Source of the DNA: Thermoplasmatota archaeon
GTDB taxonomy: Archaea > Thermoplasmatota > Thermoplasmata > GCA-020350865 > JAUVCJ01
Assembly: GCA_030595765.1 (NCBI GenBank)
Contig: JAUVCJ010000010.1
Location: 1-23,203 of the forward strand
Length of the DNA stretch: 23,203 nucleotides
Direction of reading: 5' to 3'
Every line of letters begins with the position of its first letter. Position 1 is the first letter of the stretch. The notes beneath the pieces are model-generated. The model was not told the origin of the DNA and ran no database searches. It saw only the letters and a list, made by a program, of their open reading frames with translations. Of the stretch, positions 14,825 to 18,878 are shown in pieces. The translations under genes and the position numbers were made by a program.

Positions 14825-16015
14825 TCAATCCCTCCCATTCTCTTTGCTGGAGATCTCATCGAAAATCCTGGCAGCCCTATCCAATACATCAGGGCTCGGC
14901 CTTGGGATGCGGCTCTTGCCAGTCTCATCATTTACATCAGTTCTGTCATCCTTGTCATCGGCTCCTTCCTCGTCATCCTGAGTTCCGACATCATTATCCT
15001 CAGCCCTTTCTTCCGCCTCTTGGGCTCTGCCATCGCTATCATCAGCCCCTTCCTCGTCCTCTTGGGCTTTACCATCGCTATCATCAGTTCTTTTCTCGTT
15101 CTTTTGAGCTCTGCCGTCGCCGCAGATTGGGCACCCCGGATCCAACACCCAGTCCACCCTTTGGAGTGTGCCATCGGCTCCGTCGTAGATGAGGTATGGA
15201 GCCACGCTACCAAAGCCAAGCAGATGCTTGAAGGCTTCCTGGCACTGAAGGGAGGCGATGATCGACATCGTTGTTGGCAAGGATGTGACGTGACATAGAC
15301 CTGTGACGTGGTCAGGCGCATTCGGGTCCGGCTTAGGCTTGAAACCAGTCATGCCATGAGATTCGGTAAGCGGCCTGTTGCAACGGTAGCAAGGAGTTTC
15401 TCCTGGTAGCACAACATGGACACTGCCCCGTATGCCATCCAGGCTGGTGCCGCCATCAAATAGTGGGACTCCAGCTTTAACGCACTTAGCATTCAGGAAT
15501 AGCCTGACCCCAAAACTATCTACACATCCAAATAATGCATCGACTTTCTGATCCTCACTACTTCCTTCATTTCCCTCATTTCCTTCACAGCCTTCACCAC
15601 TTTTATCGCTATTAATGCTGTATAGGAGTCTGGAGTATCCCTTGTCGATAGTCACGTCCTGGGAGTTTGCTATGACCTTTGTGTCTGGGTTTGCAAGCTG
15701 AAGGTACTGGGCAATGGCATCGACTTTTGGCATCCCAACCTGGTCTGGTCTGTATATGAGCCTGTTCATGTTGGCCTGCTCCAAAGTGTCGTAATCAAAT
15801 ATCTCAAGGGTGCCAATGCCGCAACGAGCCAGTATGTCACAGACCACTGCACCCAAACCACCCACTCCAACAACTATTACCTTCATGGATCTGAGCCTTC
15901 CAAAATCCGCATGTGGAAACAGACCCAGTCTATGGTATCGGTCAGGCTCCATTGTATCACCATCCAACTCATCTCCTAACTCATCTCCCATTTCATTTCC
16001 CATCTCATTTCCCAT
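14825..16015 (-). CDS. UBA5-like E1 (ThiF/MoeB-fold ubiquitin-fold-modifier activating enzyme), 396 aa
   Basis: Motifs are VVGVGGLGAVVCDILARCGIGTLEIFDYDTLEQANMNRLIYRPDQVG, zinc cysteines CYRC and CPIC, and GLCHVTSLPTTMSIIASLQ (Cys codon at 15293-15295). These are near-colinear with human UBA5 as I remember it. ATG 16015 shares a base with the E2 stop (TGATG). The track start at 16024 is a GTG. Confidence 0.85.
   Translation of the reverse strand: MGNEMGNEMGDELGDELDGDTMEPDRYHRLGLFPHADFGRLRSMKVIVVGVGGLGAVVCDILARCGIGTLEIFDYDTLEQANMNRLIYRPDQVGMPKVDAIAQYLQLANPDTKVIANSQDVTIDKGYSRLLYSINSDKSGEGCEGNEGNEGSSEDQKVDALFGCVDSFGVRLFLNAKCVKAGVPLFDGGTSLDGIRGSVHVVLPGETPCYRCNRPLTESHGMTGFKPKPDPNAPDHVTGLCHVTSLPTTMSIIASLQCQEAFKHLLGFGSVAPYLIYDGADGTLQRVDWVLDPGCPICGDGRAQKNEKRTDDSDGKAQEDEEGADDSDGRAQEAEERAEDNDVGTQDDEEGADDKDDRTDVNDETGKSRIPRPSPDVLDRAARIFDEISSKENGRD
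14927..15094 (-). repeat. In-frame tandem repeat, ~42 nt (14 aa) x ~4, forming the acidic tail of the E1
   Basis: The protein reads DDSDGKAQEDEEGA / DDSDGRAQEAEERAE / DNDVGTQDDEEGA / DDKDDRTDVNDE. The DNA units gccatcgctatcatcag...cctcgtcctcttgggct are visibly repeated. Confidence 0.8.
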
Positions 16016-16497
16016 CAGATCCACCCCTTTTTATCCAGGTCGAAAATGATGGCTTGCACCCAGTAGGAGATCTCTCGTTTCATGTATAGGGCGATACCAC
16101 AGTGTTCGTTCCACCAGTAGTTGCTTTCCATGTGCATGTCGCAAAGCCTCAGGCCAAGAACCTCGTCTTCAAGCTTTCTGTCAGTGTATTTCATGAGCGC
16201 CGGGATGGATGCGGCCGGTGGGGTAAACGGATACGAATTTTTCAGGATCAGGGTAAACTCATAGTCCTGGCGTTTTGGAGGGCTAATGATGCCAGTCCAG
16301 CGTGTGGCGCTTTCATCAGTGGGTCTGATGGAGAACCATCTGCGGCTTCCATCGCCTTTCTCAAGGTAGTCCAGATATTCCATGAGCTTCAGGAGGGCAT
16401 ATTTTTCCTCCTTTACCCTCATGTCCCACCCCTTCTCCCCTGGAGATACCACTGTGGAGCATTGAAGGAAGTAGAAAAGGTCTTCTTCCTTTTTCAT
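16015..16497 (-). CDS. UFC1-like E2 (ubiquitin-fold modifier conjugating enzyme-like), 160 aa
   Basis: The sequence RVKEEKYALL...RWFSIRPTDESATRWTG...DYEFTLILKNSYPFTPPAASIPAL...GLRLCDMH...CGIALYM...DLDKKG is colinear with human UFC1 as I remember it (RLKEEYQSL...[16 protein letters not shown]...[26 protein letters not shown]...GKICLTDH...FGLAHLM...DLIQKG). The candidate catalytic Cys codon is at 16141-16143. There is no HPN motif. Confidence 0.8.
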   Translation of the reverse strand: MKKEEDLFYFLQCSTVVSPGEKGWDMRVKEEKYALLKLMEYLDYLEKGDGSRRWFSIRPTDESATRWTGIISPPKRQDYEFTLILKNSYPFTPPAASIPALMKYTDRKLEDEVLGLRLCDMHMESNYWWNEHCGIALYMKREISYWVQAIIFDLDKKGWI

Positions 16498-16521
16498 AGA
16501 ACCAATAAATGACCTGGCTGG

Positions 16522-16529
16522 TTATTTAG
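16522..16529 (-). promoter_or_regulatory. TATA-like box for the E2-E1-JAMM operon
   Basis: The minus strand reads CTAAATAA, centred ~27 nt upstream of the E2 ATG at 16497 (leaderless geometry). Confidence 0.4.
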
Positions 16530-16540
16530 GTTTTCCCAGG

Positions 16541-16706
16541 TCTCCTTCCATTCCTCTCTATCTCTTTCCCTCTTCCCCTCTCCCTTCTTTCTCTCTCCTC
16601 CTTTTCCTCTCTCTTTTTCTTCTCCTTTTCTTTTTCCCTTTTCTTTTTTCCTGGCCTATGAATTTTCCTTTTCTCTTCTTTCTCCTTTTTTCTCTTTTTC
16701 TTTCCC
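16541..16706. repeat. Long homopyrimidine (plus strand) / homopurine tract
   Basis: I count 8 purines in 166 nt. The pure C/T runs are 16561-16652 (92 nt) and 16663-16706 (44 nt). The tract lies between the divergent E2 operon and rlmE. Confidence 0.9.
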
Positions 16707-16786
16707 ACCCTGCGGTCTCCAGACATATCTTCAGGCAAACGGTTCGAACCCAATCTTTATGAATCACGACAGTACATTGCATCCCT

Positions 16787-17473
16787 GTGTCTAAGCAATG
16801 GATGAGGCAGAACAGCAAGGATCCCTACTACAAGGCGGCCAAGAGGGATAACTACAGGTCTAGATCCTCCTTCAAGCTGATTCAGATCCACCAGAGGTTC
16901 GAGCTATTGCGTAAAGGCCAGGTGGTGGTGGACCTTGGCTCTGCACCTGGGGGGTGGCTCCAGGTAGCAAAGGAGTTCGTAGAAGAGGAGGGGCTGGTGA
17001 TCGGAGTTGATCTAGCTTCCATATTGCCTATAGACGGAGTTACGATAATTCGAGGGGACTTTACCACCCAGCGTGTTCGAGATCGAATCATGGAGACCCT
17101 GGCAGACAACGGCAAGAAAAAAGTGGACATAGTTCTCTCGGACCTAAGCCCGAACCTGACAGGCAAGTATGCAATGGATCAGGCCCGCTCGGTTGATCTG
17201 GCCGAGACTGCATTGAGGTTTGCACTGGATGTGCTTTCACCAAACGGAGCCTTTGCTGTAAAGGTGTTTCAGGGCGATATGTATCAGGATTATCTCAAGC
17301 TTTTCAGGAATTCTTTCGGATCAAGCAAACCATTTTCACCAAAGGCCTCCAGGTCTCACAGCTCAGAGATCTATCTGGTGGGCAAGAATCCGATACCGAT
17401 ATCGCGTAGAGTTGGAAAGATGTTCCAATCCGACCCTGAACAAAAGCTCTACTCCCCTGGCTATATCCATTGA
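16787..17473 (+). CDS. rlmE: 23S rRNA (uridine-2'-O)-methyltransferase RlmE/FtsJ
   Basis: Motifs read YRSRSSFKLIQI...VVDLGSAPGGWLQV...VDIVLSDLSPNLTG...AVKVFQGDMYQDYL...SPKASRSHSSEIYLVGK. Position 16787 is a GTG, and the alternative ATG is at 16802. A TATA-like CTTTATGA sits at 16755-16762. Confidence 0.9.
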   Translation: MSKQWMRQNSKDPYYKAAKRDNYRSRSSFKLIQIHQRFELLRKGQVVVDLGSAPGGWLQVAKEFVEEEGLVIGVDLASILPIDGVTIIRGDFTTQRVRDRIMETLADNGKKKVDIVLSDLSPNLTGKYAMDQARSVDLAETALRFALDVLSPNGAFAVKVFQGDMYQDYLKLFRNSFGSSKPFSPKASRSHSSEIYLVGKNPIPISRRVGKMFQSDPEQKLYSPGYIH

Positions 17474-17711
17474 TCAGCGTGTGGGGCGGCTCCACAATCA
17501 GGCTCTAATGCCCTAATGCCTTTATGGCGCGATCCAATAACCTAACATCAAATAACATCACATCACATCACATATGGAACAATCCAATAAAACACCATAT
17601 GGCGCACCCCAAAAAACCCGCGTTGGTGTTCTCCATCAATTATGGTCAATAGTTGCCCTGGCTCGATGCTTGACCCGATTTTAATACATTCACTGACCCC
17701 CCTGGCAAAGG

Positions 17712-17719
17712 GTTATACC
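17712..17719 (+). promoter_or_regulatory. TATA-like box
   Basis: GTTATACC is centred ~26 nt upstream of ATG 17742 (leaderless geometry). Confidence 0.35.
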
Positions 17720-17741
17720 TGACCAATTTCATGCACTCCTT

Positions 17742-18251
17742 ATGTCTGGAGGCGATTACGAACGGGAATTAAAAGGGATACTCCAGGCAGATGCCCAGGT
17801 TCTGCACAGGGTGACCAAGACTTGCACTGAGTATCAGGAATTACAGTATTTCAAGATCCAGAGAAAGCCCTTCATAGTCATACGGGCAGCTGGTTCATTT
17901 GGGGTGGACCTAGTCGCTCTTAGAGGGGATGTATCATTCCCAATAGAGGTAAAGTCCTCAGTGTCCAGAACCATACGTTTTAGCAGGAATGAGAGGGTAA
18001 AGGAGCAGGCCGAGAGGATGCAGGACGAGTGCGCCAGAGCCGGTCTGGTACCCATATATGCCTTCAGGCTGAAGAGGGTAAGAGGGGACACCTGGAGAAT
18101 GTTTGCACTTCCGCAGGAAAAGAACGTTCAAGGAAAGCTCAGGATAATCAATGACAGGATGCCCAAAGTTGATACGACCAAGGCTGGCAACTACGTTCTT
18201 AGATGGGATGATGGGATGACTCTGGCCGATTTTATCGACTATGTTTGTTAG
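17742..18251 (+). CDS. hjc: Archaeal Holliday-junction-resolvase-like PD-(D/E)xK nuclease (Hjc-like), 169 aa
   Basis: The Hjc signature order is present: GGDYERELKGIL ... VIRAAGSFGVDLVAL ... PIEVKSS ... AGLVPIYAFRLK. About 20 extra residues sit between the first helix and the RxxGS strand. Confidence 0.6.
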   Translation: MSGGDYERELKGILQADAQVLHRVTKTCTEYQELQYFKIQRKPFIVIRAAGSFGVDLVALRGDVSFPIEVKSSVSRTIRFSRNERVKEQAERMQDECARAGLVPIYAFRLKRVRGDTWRMFALPQEKNVQGKLRIINDRMPKVDTTKAGNYVLRWDDGMTLADFIDYVC

Positions 18252-18699
18252 TTAAAATAATATCTCATTAACACTCTCCCATTCAAGCCAATCCATTCAA
18301 GATTTCAGCCTTATACATAGCCTTATACAACGGCTTGTCCAGCATATCCGGCACTAGCTCCGAGTGGGACAAGTAGGATAAGTAATAATATATTCTAATG
18401 TCATACGGGATGGGCAATAATTAACAGTGTATGGGTAGAATAATTAAGATGAGGGCGAGTAGAATAATGAAACACCCAAGAGTGTGAAAAGTGTGAAAAG
18501 TAATAACTCGGAATGATTCGATAGAGGCAAGTAGGATTGTTCATACTTCTCCTACTCCGGCCTGGTTTGGGTCTGGTCTACTTGTTTAACCAGAATGTAG
18601 GTGTAAAAATGGTTCTCAGCACTCATAGGGTTCATCAAGTATCAGCCGACCACGTTTCATCATCGAACCGGTCAAGAATGTTGCATATTGCTTAAAAAG

Positions 18700-18707
18700 T
18701 TATATAT
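18700..18707 (+). promoter_or_regulatory. Strong TATA-like box (preceded by an A-rich BRE-like stretch)
   Basis: The sequence is aaaaag-TTATATAT. The predicted TSS at ~18729 coincides with the first base of the 24-nt repeat array. Confidence 0.35.
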
Positions 18708-18728
18708 CAAAGAACACATTTGTTAATC

Positions 18729-18872
18729 CAGTACAAGGTCATATTGCAGACCCGATATACGGCCACTTTGCAAACCCGGCACAAGGCCATCTTCCAGGCC
18801 TGACACGCGGTCAATTTGCAGACTAGGCAAAAAGCCATCTTGCAGACCCAGTACAATATCCTCTTGAGGGGA
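18729..18872 (+). repeat. Degenerate tandem repeat, 24 nt x6, ending 6 nt before the coiled-coil gene ATG
   Basis: Units are cagtacaaggtcatattgcagacc / cgatatacggccactttgcaaacc / cggcacaaggccatcttccaggcc / tgacacgcggtcaatttgcagact / aggcaaaaagccatcttgcagacc / cagtacaatatcctcttgagggga. Confidence 0.8.
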
Positions 18873-18878
18873 AATACT

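Noticed and set aside
14741-15321. Plus-strand ORFs (185 aa and 123 aa) and a minus alternative-frame ORF (129 aa) overlapping the E1 tail and the JAMM start.
   Set aside because: These are antisense or alternative-frame readings of the GA-rich acidic repeat region. They are low-complexity, with no motifs, and the E1 frame carries strong family motifs.
13813-16497. I considered interpreting the E2-E1-JAMM operon as a bacterial Bil/CBASS-type antiviral ubiquitin-like defence cassette.
   Set aside because: The E1 and E2 motifs match UBA5 and UFC1 specifically rather than the bacterial Bil-type enzymes as I remember them. No Ubl or effector gene is adjacent, and the neighbours are housekeeping genes. 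A defence role is not formally excluded and would be addressed by the phylogeny proposed above.
16739-16752. GGTTCGAACCC resembles a tRNA T-arm/T-loop.
   Set aside because: The flanking bases do not form a T-stem, and no acceptor or anticodon arms can be drawn. I recognised no tRNA anywhere in the window.
16526-16818. Two K/E/R/G-rich ORFs (75 aa at 16526-16753; 86 aa at 16558-16818) lie on the minus strand directly upstream of the UFC1-like gene. I briefly considered them as a charged DDRGK1-like partner.
   Set aside because: They lie on the purine-only strand, where no stop codon can occur in any frame, so their openness is uninformative. The stop of the 75-aa ORF sits inside the predicted TATA box of the E2 operon, and the 86-aa ORF overlaps the rlmE start. 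A coding role cannot be fully excluded without expression or conservation data.
17556-17573. A (CATCA)n microsatellite, together with the duplicated ctaatgcc and atccaataa motifs, lies in the rlmE-hjc spacer.
   Set aside because: These are very short, low-copy repeats with no evident structure or positional logic, and are probably neutral slippage products.
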